The notes under the pieces were generated by a model. It did not search any database, was not told where the DNA came from, and saw only the letters and a list, made by a program, of their open reading frames with translations. Source: Tubiluchus corallicola (Eukaryota; Animalia; Priapulida). From it: 64,000 nt of DNA. Location of the stretch: positions 434,001 to 498,000 of the forward strand of contig JAQGDQ010000090.1 of assembly GCA_030141605.1 (NCBI GenBank), in the 5' to 3' direction. Every line of letters begins with the position of its first letter. Position 1 is the stretch's first letter. Position numbers and translations under genes: made by a program. Below are positions 24,201 to 36,253 of this stretch, one piece after another.

Positions 24201-27200
24201 CTTTCCGTACTTCCGCGCAAAGGAGCCTGTCAGCAAACTTTGGAACAAAAGTATGGTTTCGTCCAGGTCCCAAATGAAGACCCGCCTCTGAACTGCTAGT
24301 CTGTCATTTGGCCTAGCTTGTGAGCATATCTTTTCTAAGTGCTCCAAATCTGTAGAGACTTCGGCGTTATCTGTAAAACTGCTTCTAGTAGGATCAGAGA
24401 AAAATCCTGCGTGCCATTCGGGATGTGCCGCAAACTCTGAAGGTATCAGCGTTATTGGTATACGCTTTGTGGTGCCAGGAGGCCCAGGAGTTGACAAAAC
24501 GACTTCATTAACACGTATTCTTTGAGGTAGGATTTGTTTGTCATCACCGGGCAGTGGCCAGTTCTCGTATGCTTCACTTGGTAGGGGTTTCTTTTGCAGA
24601 TTAACGTCTCGATAATCTACACTTGAAATATCATGGCCTTGTACTTCGTCAAAAGAAGGCTCTGATTGAAAAGTTTTCACAACAGGAGATTGATTCAGTA
24701 TTGTTCCACCATGATAGGGCGGAACTTCATAATGTTCTTTTATCTGGCTGTCGGGTAACCTATAATCAGGTGCTGTAGATGTGGGTAGAATTGCATTTCT
24801 TTGCTTGTCTTGATCAATTTCTCTGTTGAACTGTTCATTGGCAGCTGCAACTCTACCTGCCATGTGACCTCTAGATCGGAGTTTTGGAGTCTTGTCATCA
24901 GATGAAGAATCGGAACTCGGGTCTTCATAATTCCACACCTTTACTTGAGGGTTGAAACTCAACCGCTTAGGGGGTGCCTTCTTCTTCCTAGGAAGTGTAC
25001 AGTAGTCAGGAACATTAGACGTTGGTGGCATGACAACTTCATCTTGTTCGCTTGCACTGTTAAGTTTTGTGTGCATATCTGTCAAAGCATCAAACAGTTC
25101 TGGGAATCTCCCGCTACTTTTAATAATGTCATTGCTTTGTACCTGCTGCTCATTTGCATTGCGATTACTATAAGACATTGGTACATTTGAACTCAACAGA
25201 ACAGCAGGTCGTTGGTATGGAGATGCTGGATTGTTTGAGCTTTCACGTACAGTGTTTGTGGAACAGTCTTCATGAGAATTACCAATCATATCTAATCGTT
25301 CTGGAAGTGAAGATGACATACGCTTAGTGAGATTTCCATAATGCATAGCGCCTACATCTTCATTGGCACGTCGAATTGGAATTTCTCTTTGTGATAAGTT
25401 AACTAACTGTTGAGCAGAATTGCATGCAGGAAATGAACTTCTTGACTTGTTCCTGATGTCTGTTGGTTCTTTTCTATATATAGTAATTTTATCAGGCACT
25501 TGGAAATTGTTTGTATCAAGTCTTGTGGTTCTACTGGGAGAGGTTTCTGTATTTGACATGCTTTTATGATCACCTACAGCTTTCTCAGTGAGATGCGTTT
25601 GCTTTGGTGTTACAGGTTGCTTGCTATAGAAAGTGACAATATGATCTGGGATGGTAGTTTTAACCTCGGCATTTTCTCTCTGTGTAACGTCTGTAGTTCT
25701 TGGAGTGCTTTTTGCCAGTTTTTGCTCTCTGTTACTTTGTATTCTGTTTATTGGAACAGGAATGCGCGACCTGGGTTGTTTTGTTCTCATCGCATCCTGA
25801 CTATCACTTTGCTCTGCTTTGTCTTGTTTCATACCAACTTGTGCAGGATAAATCCAGCTGTTGTCTCTTAAATGCATCTTAACAGAATCAATATTGTTAG
25901 TAGTTGTACTAACGTCACTATTTGGCGATTTGAAATCGCTTGTTTCTGTTGTAGGAATTGAGCCAGAGTTTTCTTGTAGTTCAGTATCAACTCTTCTCAG
26001 CTCACTAAAACTTGGTGCAGTCTTGTGCAACTGTGAGGGATGATCCCTAGTTTCTGGATGCACTAGAGGATTTACTTGCAAACGTGAGAAAGTATCACCA
26101 GCATCATTGTACAAATGTTCTTGGTTACATTTTTCTTCAGTAGCCATCTTCTGTGGGCCAGTTGCAGCAGCATTTGCCAATTCTGAAAAGCCTCTTGTGT
26201 AACTTGGTTTTTCGGTAAATTTTTCCATGTACTTTTCATTAGGCACTTCAACGTCTGTTGCTGGCCATCTGGTGCTTGTCCCAGAATTTGTTTGGGGGCC
26301 GAATCTCCCAAAGCTGGATGTTTCAGCTGATTGTGGCTGATATGTACTAAGGTTATTTGCTTTGGATGAAACTGTTTCTGAAGTAGAAGGCATGTTTATG
26401 GAGGTGTCAAAGCCTGGAAATGAATGGGATCTAAAATCATTCTTACTACTTGATTGTGAAAATTTTCCAGGTATAAATTTGACTGGTATAATTGGCTGGC
26501 CCAGCGTGAGAGGAGGTCTGTCTGGAAATTTAGAGTAAATTGGCGCAGAAAGCTCATTCTTATCTGAAAATACATTACTTGCACTTTTCTGAGGCTGCAC
26601 ATTAACATAGTTGTGAGATCTCCCAGTTTCTAAGAATGGTGAAGGACTTCTAACTTGTGAAATCTGCTCATCAGACTTTGGACTGAAAGGTCTAGTAAAA
26701 TGTTCGGGACTTCCTTCATAAGCTGGTTTCATAAATAACCCTTCAGTATCTTCATCATCAGTATATGAGTTCATTTCAAGTTTTTTTATCAAGCTATCTT
26801 CCAGCTTTTTGTTATAGTCATCATCATAATCTGGGATGGGTTTTGCTGGGAGTGTTTTATAAGAATCAGCGGGCAATGTGCTCAAGACAGGCTCAGACGA
26901 CACTCGATACAGAGTCGTAATTGGTGGAAAATATCTTCCTGGTGAGCGTAATGGGGATAAGGGTGGGGAAGTTGATTCTGCATTACTCCATTCACGTTGA
27001 AAACTGGGAACTGGTCTGGTTGATTTTGGTATTTTAACAGTAGGTTGCTTGTATGTAGCCATTCCACTCTTTGGCAAGTCATCCACAATAGGAGCAGCAT
27101 GCACACCGAATGAGCCTGGAGGCTGATAAATAGGAGGCTTTCTTCTTGTAAACTGATCTGAGGCAGAGGCAAATTTTGGATATTCAGGCAAATTTGCTCT

Positions 27201-30200
27201 GTCTTTTGATGTTTCTAAAAGGTTATCTCTCGAAGAATCTTCCTTAAAAACAAAAGAAACACTGCCATCTTTGTTAGTCACTTTACTGGCATTAATTGGT
27301 TTATAAGTAGATTCTTGTTGAGCAGGTGTGACGCTGTTATCATTTGGTCTTTTAGCTTCGTGTGGTATGGGGGGTATCATAGATGGGCTAGGAGGTTTTT
27401 GGGAAAGCTCATTGTCAAGAGATGCATGCAAATCTTTCCATGTCATATCACCTAACATAGGTTCTGAAACAGATCTATTGTGGAATGTCTTTCGTGTAGG
27501 TACTGGACTACTACCAAGCACTCCCTTATTTCTTAATAGATTTCGCCTCTCTGTCATTTTCTTTAGCCATGCAGTGCTTGGGTCAGCTGTGGTGGAATGG
27601 CTTTCTGGAGCAGATGGTTGTGATGTTTCTTTCTGAGAAAATGTTTTTGGCATTGACTTGTTGTCTGACAACTGCATAATTTGGCTTTCCGCAAACTGGT
27701 GAGGTATTGCAGTTGCGTCATTTAGATCAGAACCTGTTCTCTCAGCCACTCTTTGGTTTACTGATAGGTCAGTGTCGCGTCCTTGTGTATCTCGAGTAAC
27801 ATGTTCAGGGCTGGGATAGCTGGACAGATTTTCCTTTGGCAAAAGGTTTCGTGGGAAATAGAAGGATGAATTCTCAGCTGAGCTTTTTTTTGTACTGTTG
27901 CAGTCACTTCGTGGTTGTGCAATACTAATCAAACTGGGAGTAGAATTTTGAAAAGCAGAAGTGGATTTCCCAATTACGTAATCATTAATGGCACCTTCTC
28001 GAATGCCTTGTTCCTGATCAGTTTCAGGTTGGTTACTTTGAGGATAATTTAAGATTTCTTTAGCATATGGCATTATACCTATGCCATCAGTTTTTTGCTT
28101 GTTCTCATCTTCTTGAGTGGCACTAAAATTTTGTAATGTTTTGTCACTAAGATGAAGAGAATCGCCCAGTGGTCTTTGTTTTCTTGTTGGGTCATCAGGT
28201 CTCGAAAATGACCCAATTGTACTTACAGCATTTACATCTCTTACAGTTGGGCTCATTGGTTTTAGCCATCCATCTGACTGCCACGTATAGCCAGTCAGCT
28301 TTGATGGTTCTTGAATACTGTCATGAACTTTGCTTGCATCTACACTTGTAGATGGTGCTTGATGATCATGCTTATTGGTAGGTATTGGGTGCAGAATTTT
28401 GTTGATTTCTTCCTGCAGTTTTTGAGACCGAACAACAATTTCAGGATTAATGGGAGTTTTACTAGTTTCAGGTCTATCATGATTTTGCCAATCATTAGCA
28501 AATAAGCTGTTGTAACTGGGTGGACTGGTTAAGTTCTTATCTACTGAATGCCTTACGGAAGACAGAGAATCAGTAACTGCGCCATCAGAGTTTGTTTTGT
28601 AAGGCGAAGCAGCTTGGATTCCACTGGCATCTGCATTGCTGCCTGACTTGCTCTGAGTACTTTTGTCAACAGTGTTCTTTTCAGAGTCCTTTTTATACCA
28701 TCCAGCACTAGTTTCCTCATTAGCAACCGTGTCCTTTTTCATTTTTACACCTAACAATGAAACTAAGTCAGTATCACTATTTTTGTCAATTTGAACTTTA
28801 GAAAATGGCACATTTGTTTGCGGTGCAACATTTTCCTGGGGGTTTGACAAGGCTTTACTACCTGGTAATGAAGTAAGTGTTTTCCCACTGTGACTGACAA
28901 TTAATGACCTAATTTCATCGTTCTGAGGCACTCCTTGTCTGGCTTCTTCATGTCCATGTGATGTTTCCTTTGGTATCGTTATTGGTTTATGCAGTGGCTG
29001 GCTAGATGCTTCTGCCACTGAATTTTGTGTTGCTGATCTCTTTTGAGTGCTTTCCTTGTTTTGTCCGTTTTGAGTGACTTTGTCTAAAGTACTTCCGGAA
29101 TGATTGGAATACAGCATTTGTTTTATTGGTTTCTTGATGTCTTTTAGCAGAGAAAGTTGAGGAGAACTATCAGTGGACACTGATCGAATAAATTGCTTCC
29201 ACATAGAAGAATCAGCTTTATTAGGGTCAGCACTACTTCGTCTCATCTTACTTCTTCCCCTTCGCGAATCTAACATTTTGTTCCAAGGTGTTGCAGTTGA
29301 AATCATAGCTTTATCGGGGTTAGCGAATGATATTTTGTCGGAAATTTTTGATTTTACACTTGTTGTTGGAGTTCTACTTTGAGTAGATGCTAGCTGCTTA
29401 GTATTTGCATCTGCAAGCTTTGTCTTAGCATCCAACTGACCTGCTGATGATGTTTTTGCTTGCAGCACTCTGTCGTGTTGGACATTAGGGTTTCGGTTTG
29501 GCATTGCAAACTCAGAGTCTATTTCTGCTTTTGTGGATGTCATTGCTTGCAACCATTGCTGTACAGGTGACATTGGGGGAGTTCTATTCTCACCATGTAA
29601 GAGATTTGACACATTTTGATTGTTTTTGGCAAAACTAGGATTATTACTAATTGGCAATTGATCAGAAAGCATGCTGTAAGACAGATAACTTGTTTTTGGT
29701 ATTTCCAGATCACTAAAAGAAACAGTGGAAGCAACAGAATCAGTCATACTCTGTTCTAGCGATTCGTCAGCATTTAGTAATTCGGAGTTTTCTCCTGGCC
29801 TTCCCCTCGTATATGGAGATGGACTAAGATTTCTAAATGCTCGTAAGTCAGCCCCATCTATATCACTCATCATACTTGATGTCATTGATGCTGTTTCATT
29901 GTTGTCATAATTCCTTGCACTCCATGGTGACACATTATCACTGACAGGTGGGCTAGAACATAAATCAGGATCAGGAGCTCTTAGGTAAAAGCGGATGTCT
30001 GGTACAACGCCCTTGCTTTCTTTTCTGTCTGGAGGACGTGGTGGGTTTTTATATAAAAAATCACTTAACCGCCTCTCTCGAAAAGCAGAACCAATTGGGA
30101 CGTCCGACCAGTAACCATCATTTTTATCTGACTCCACGGAGTAATAATCTGAAATGCTGCTGACATCAGCTTCCTGTTTTTTTGGAAGTCGTTTTTGCTT

Positions 30201-31183
30201 TCGGGGATTACCTTTGTTTTTTGTTGTCTTTTCATTGTGCTGCTGGTCAGCATCTAAATGCACTGCACTGTCAGATGTCTGGAAGGAATCACTCAAATCT
30301 GATGCCGTTGACGCAGCATGTTGAAGAGGCCCTTTCTGCTGAGAAAAGACTGGTTGATGTTTCTTGTAATCTGTCACAGTCTCAGGGAAAGTATGTTCCA
30401 CTTTGCCTGTAGACAGCTTTTCATTTACTGGGGATTGCTTTGATAAATCACTTTGCTTTGAAGTAGATGGCTTTTCGTCCATACTAGCTGTGGGATTCCC
30501 ATAAGGAGTCAGTACATTTTTTTCCAACACATGTGCGTGTCTCATGTTAGTAAATGAGCTATTCTCAACATCACTTTCAATGTCACTTGTCAGATCGGCA
30601 TGTTCTGCCTTAGTAAAGCGACTAAACACTGGTGAGTGGTGAGTTGCATTTTCCTCTGAATTATTTTCAGTCTTGGAAAACTTAGCAGACTTTGTTGATG
30701 ATAAATCCATTACTCTAGGAATTTCTATTATTTGGGTTGGATCCTCAGCCACCTCGCTCTTAATAGTTGAGCTAAATGTAGGCTTGTGTTCAATTAACTG
30801 TCCACGAGTTGGCAGAAGAACAACTGTGGGGTCCGCATCATCATCGTTTGAAACGTCTGTTGCATTACTCAAGCTTACACCAACATGCATATCTCGAGCA
30901 TCAGTTTTGCTTGCTTTTTGATCGTAAGAAGGAAGGCTGAAACTAGTCGTCATGGTGTCATCAGGTGGAAAACATGACGGTAACGACACTGTGAATGATT
31001 CACTGATCTCACTGTCGATCAGTTCGTCCTCATAGCTTCTGCTTGGTTGTTGTATGGCGTGGTTCAGCAGGGCCATTTCTGCTACAGCACTTGATTGCAC
31101 ATTAACAGGATAATCCATGATTAGTTCGGCAGCGCAGTCGTTAAACAAGTTTTTATCTGGTGCTTTGTTGCTTTCATCATGTG
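24201..31183 (-). CDS. eya-like: Giant 6,983-nt exon: about 2,300 aa of S/T/P/D/E/K-rich sequence plus EYA HAD motif I
   Basis: Stop-free; acceptor GTTTTTTAG at 31184; ends RRVFIWDLDETILLFQSLLTGSFARKYGK|GTCAGT, the EYA signature WDLDET. Confidence 0.9.
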
Positions 31184-34167
31184 CTAAAAAACAAACGTAT
31201 TTAATTTTGTAAAGTGCATGTACAACACCCAGCTGCTATTTTATGTTCACTCTCATAGTGTCTTGTGAATAAACAACAACTTAGCAATCTGTTAGCGAAG
31301 CAGATTGACTTTTGCGAGCGCTTGTAAGTTATCAGTTGATTTCAGACAAACTGTCCAGAAATACCTACTCTTCTGCGAAAGTATTTTTGACACGAACGGG
31401 AGTGAGAATTTCATGCAGTTACTCAACGTGGTTCACTCATACCAACAGACAGACCTCTAATCTTTAGGCCAATTAAAGCCATGAATGACATAATTAAGCA
31501 CGTGAATAAATGTAGGTTGTGCTAGACTATAGCGATTAGCAATGCACCACAAAATTACCATTTGCTAAAATTTTTGTTAAAAGTGAATCTGGGAAACGCA
31601 GTTGCTTTGTATAGATAATTAATATTGTCTGCTCTTGTTCATGCTGCTTTGATTCATTATGTCAGAAATGATTCAAAATTCAGCTTGTGCTGACTTGTCT
31701 CTAATAAAATTGATTTATAATTTACTTTTGTACTTTTTGTCTCTACAATTATTAATCATTATTTAATTTTACAACAGAACCGTTCAAAGTTTATTGCTTC
31801 GACAAATTGCAAACATTTTTTACTCTTTTGTATAAGTGCATGAAATCTTCACGTTCTGGCACCAGTGGAGCTTGAAAAAACATGTTTGTAGAAGAACCAC
31901 ATGTTTGTGGAATGCTTGTCGGAAATTCGCAGATAGATGGCTAATTAGAAGATTTTAAAAGAAAAAAAATTATCAAGATTGATCAAGGTAGAACCTGACA
32001 GAAAGTCAAAATCTAACATCGAGGCATGGCAGCCTCACAAGATGTATTTTAATTTGTTTTAACTAGACAAACAGGGGCTTCATTGTCTCAACATTCGAAA
32101 CATTGAAGTTTTAAGGCGATTGAGGTAGTAAAGACTGTATAAGGGTGTAAATATGCAATTGAAGCAGTTATACTCTCAAGTAGATTTACAATGAAGAAAA
32201 ATAGGCTAGTATAATACAGTGACCCACAAGAGGGAGGCCCTGTGTTTCCAGGTGCACAGGCAAAATTTCGAATCAGCGAGAAAGAATTTTTGCCACTGGA
32301 GGAAAAGGAGAGAAATTCAGTCAGAAGAGGTGCTAGAAATTGGTAAAATGCATTCCGTAGCTTATGTATATGCATCAAACGAAATACGAATATACACAGT
32401 TTTTCTGTTTTCAAGGAAAGTGGGCATTAAACTCAAATGGAAAATTTGTTCTGAGAGGATTAACTTCTTTTAATGGCATTTAGTAAAGCGCTTTTGAATT
32501 GTTCAGCAGGGTGTTGAAAAGAAAAATTTTAGGATCGATTGAAACAAACGAATGTGACCTTGGGTCTGGAACTACTGGTGTAAAATAAAGACTTATTGGT
32601 TTTTTGGTACTTCCTTCAGGGGCATATCGCGGTTTTGCACTTAATGTAGGAACTATTATGGTATGGAAACTTTTGGCTCTTACTATTTATTTGCTATGTT
32701 CTTTTGTTCCATACAGGAACTTGCCGACAATTCTTTAAGCCTAAATTTGGCTATGTTCCATTACACACAAACCGTACACACGCAGTGAAGAAAACCGAAT
32801 GACGCATAATCGTCATCACCCCAAATACTCGATCCCATGCCGAAACATAAAATTATCTCTTGTTTAAAAACATGTTCTTTAGAAAGGATATCGCTATTTG
32901 TTTTTTTCTTCGCGTGGAGTGAAAAGAAAAACTTCCCAGGGTTTGTTAAAAAATAAACAAATCCGGATCGTAATTACTTTTTAAATTTACAGTTTGTTGT
33001 ATTTTTGCGCAATTTGTTACATATGTCGAAACAAAATATATTCCACTATCGGCGTTGTGGAATTGGAAAAAATTAGCTGTTGCAGACACTCTAATCTTTT
33101 AAATTTCAGCTTTCGGTAAAAGTATCCTTTTACCTATTCTTTAATTATCAACTATATAAACTGTTGAAAATGACAACATAAAAATAATAAAAAGGGTAAA
33201 CAAAAGAAGTCGTGCATTACGTCGCAATGAAGTTGCATTTTGAAATCAGCACACCGAAATTAACAAAGAAAGCCAATGAAATTCGTTTTGGCCTAAAAAA
33301 CGAAAAATCTGTCTGGAATATAATTCAATATATATATATATATCGAACCTATCCCCTAAACATGGGATCCTAATAAAATCCTGTGTGAGGACTTTTGCAT
33401 TTGCAACAATTTGGACATTTTGACCTATGCCACGTGACTTAGCGACGCCCATTTTTTAAAACCAATTAATGCACATACAACCCACCCCACTTCCACGTTT
33501 GTGAAAAAGCTCAAAGTCTTATGAATAACTTAGCGATAAGCTTAATTGCTAAATAATACCACCGGTCATTTTGTAATCCAAGAATGGCAGCTGAAGATGT
33601 GTTGGAAAATATGGAATTTTTGAAGAAATTGACAAAACTGGCCAAAAAACTATTTTACCTCAAAAATCGATCTAAGCACAAATTTTTGGTGTAGCTCACT
33701 ACACTAAATCGCAAAAAAATATAAAAGAATCAAACAAGGCGCTCCCTTCTATGGATCTATATTGCTTCTTGTTGTGAATATACCCAGCTGCTTTGCAAGC
33801 AGGTTTTTAGTGAAACACTTAATTGAAAAAGACCGCCTCGTGAGTCGGAGGAACCAGTATTGAATAGCTTTATTTTTAAATCAAAGCAGCTCTATTTAAG
33901 GAATTCAGAAAAAGAAGTTTTTATTAATTAAGAAAATGATCTAGTTCCAGACCTCAACTTATTGAATCGAACATTTGAGTAATGGCGTTCAGTCAATTTT
34001 ATAGAATAAAACATGAGTTTTAACGTGCTGACTGCATATTTATAGCACTGACGCAGTGTTCCGCTGGAATCCCCCATTGCTTAATCTTGAGTGATTTGTG
34101 AAAGTTCTTAATACTGTGTCAGTATGCTAAATAAATACAACACCATAAGCCTTTAGAGCATACTTAC

Positions 34168-35053
34168 TAAATTCGTGTCCTATGTGACCAGCAGAGAAAA
34201 TCTCTTCTTCAGCTGGCTTAGTTATGGTGTAAAACTCGTAAGTAGGGATGACGCTTGTTGTTTCTTCTGTTTGTATACTAATTTCTCCTTGTGGAAAGCT
34301 GTCATTCCTGGCGTCTTCAACGAAATTACTCTTCTCTTTTGAAAAAGGAGAAGTTGACTTATTCGCAAACAGATATAATGTGGACGGTCCGTTTAAGCAA
34401 CTGTATATGGACAATTCTTTAGCTTCACGGGTTGACGACTCCTCAGTTTGATAGGCAGCTGATTCGACGTCTACGAACACTTCTTCTGGTTCTTCCACTT
34501 GATTGCAAATGGAAAAATTTCCAGATTCTTGACTTGTTTTTTCTACTGCTGGTTTCACAGCTGTTGTGACATCTACTGACTCTTCTTTTTGCCCTTCCAC
34601 TTGGTTGTGCGTGGATAATCCTTGCACAGATGTTGCAATCTCTATGACTCTGTCTTTTCCTTTTAGCTCTTCAAGTTGGTCATGTATAGACACCGTTTTG
34701 TTCTGAAGTGCTAGCCGTTCTTCTGCTGATCCGTTAATTCCTGTGACTTCTGTGGCAGGTTCTTTTGCTTCTTCGCCTAAGTTGTAGTAATTGGTCAGCT
34801 TAATTCTATTTGTTTGGGCTTCTTCTACTGACCTGACAGCTGTTGTGTCCGCTTCTCTTGTTTTGTCAACTTGGTTATGGATGATAACTTCTTGACCTTC
34901 ATTTGTTGGAGTTTCTCTTGCTGGTTTGGTAGTTGTTGCAATTTTTACTAAGGGTTCCTGTGTTTTCGAAGGTATTAACACAATAACTGCTGTGGAGCGA
35001 AAGTTCCATTCATTTTCCGAATCGCGAACTTCGCTGACTTCATTGTTTTGTTC
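34168..35053 (-). CDS. eya-like: Upstream 886-nt E/T/V-rich exon of the eya-like gene
   Basis: TTTTTATGTAG acceptor; open frame EQNNEVSEVRD...GHEF; donor A|GTAAGT, phase 1, joins the giant exon as ACA (Thr). Confidence 0.72.
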
Positions 35054-35704
35054 CTACATAAAAAGTATTAGGTTCAGAATGTTAGTCAACAAGGAGCGAT
35101 AAATACTTGTGCAACTAAGTCTGAATAATCTGACTCATCCCCACTTAAATATAAAAGATGGCAGCAAGTTTAAGATTCTCACAAGCGAGATGCTAGTTTA
35201 CAACTGGGAATAAATACTTTTCCCGCTTTTCATCTTCAAGATTTTCTCGGCGAAAGACTGGAAAATTGCTGGCAACTTCCCTACCACGCCACTCTACTTT
35301 CAACCTTATATTGCCCAAAGACGCCATTGTAAAGCAAAATTATGGCCGGCATTTAATGATTTCAATGAAATTACTTCCAAATTCTGATTTAAATTTTATA
35401 TCACACAAGCAGTTGTGCTGGAGAAACAGCTCCGACGTACGTTAATAAGATCTAGATACATTTCACTTTATAAGACAGGCTATGCCATCAATGAGAAATA
35501 TAGTTCAGTTTATAGCTAATAAAAGCTTTACTGCCCGTTTCTGACAGTCGAGACTTTCCAAACCCGTCACAGAATTAATTTTTGGGTGCAGCTGTCAGCC
35601 GTCCACTTCACTGAACATGTATTAAATTATTAAAATAGTGCAAATTTTGCCCAAAATCTTTACGTTACCAATATTTTTTATAGTCGCTATTAATAGGCAC
35701 GTAC

Positions 35705-35805
35705 ATTGGAGACAGGCGCTTCTTCTCGTTCTAATGGTTTGTCTGCATCTGTCCAGGTGAAAGAAACTGTTTCCTCTGTGTTTTCCCCTTCCGGTAGGTT
35801 CACGG
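35705..35805 (-). CDS. eya-like: Upstream exon of the eya-like gene
   Basis: TATTTTAG acceptor; (A)VNLPEGENTEETVSFTWTDADKPLEREEAPVSN|GTACGT; phase 0 fits the next exon. Confidence 0.62.
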
Positions 35806-36134
35806 CTAAAATAACAACGCTGCTTAATATTATCCCTTTTATTTTGCTCCAAACAACACCAGTGCAACTATTTAATGCACAAATAAACCAGGCAAGCGTA
35901 TATAATTATGCGCTTTGTTTGTTGTTAGTTGCAGTTCAAGCAACTTGACGGACGTAACGTGAGATTATGGCGTTATTTCTTAACAACACAAGATCGTTAG
36001 TTTCAATCTATGAGACTAACAGTGCGATAACTTCTTCAGATACTATTGCCTAATAAATAGTCTGGCAGTAACGAAACCCGTATTTATCAGCAAAACGTTT
36101 TAAGATCAGGCTAGAAATAAGGCTACAATTGTAC

Positions 36135-36253
36135 CTGACTGCGTGCTGTGGCGAACATATGCTTCTAAATTTAGGACCGGGTTTCCAACTTCGTCTGATG
36201 ATGAATTTTTCCCTCTCGACTCTTGATCAGTGGCTGACACATGCGGTTGCCTC
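36135..36253 (-). CDS. eya-like: Upstream exon of the eya-like gene
   Basis: TTCCTACAG acceptor; RQPHVSATDQESRGKNSSSDEVGNPVLNLEAYVRHSTQS G|GTACAA; phase 1 fits the next exon. Confidence 0.55.

Noticed and set aside
24740-30921. Short overlapping and antisense ORFs within the giant exon
   Set aside because: Shadow ORFs expected opposite a long coding frame; no motifs.
24120-31148. The 2,342-aa ORF as a stand-alone single-exon gene with a truncated EYA motif
   Set aside because: It starts at TTG just inside a good acceptor. EYA similarity stops exactly at a GT donor (24200) and resumes in seven downstream exons.
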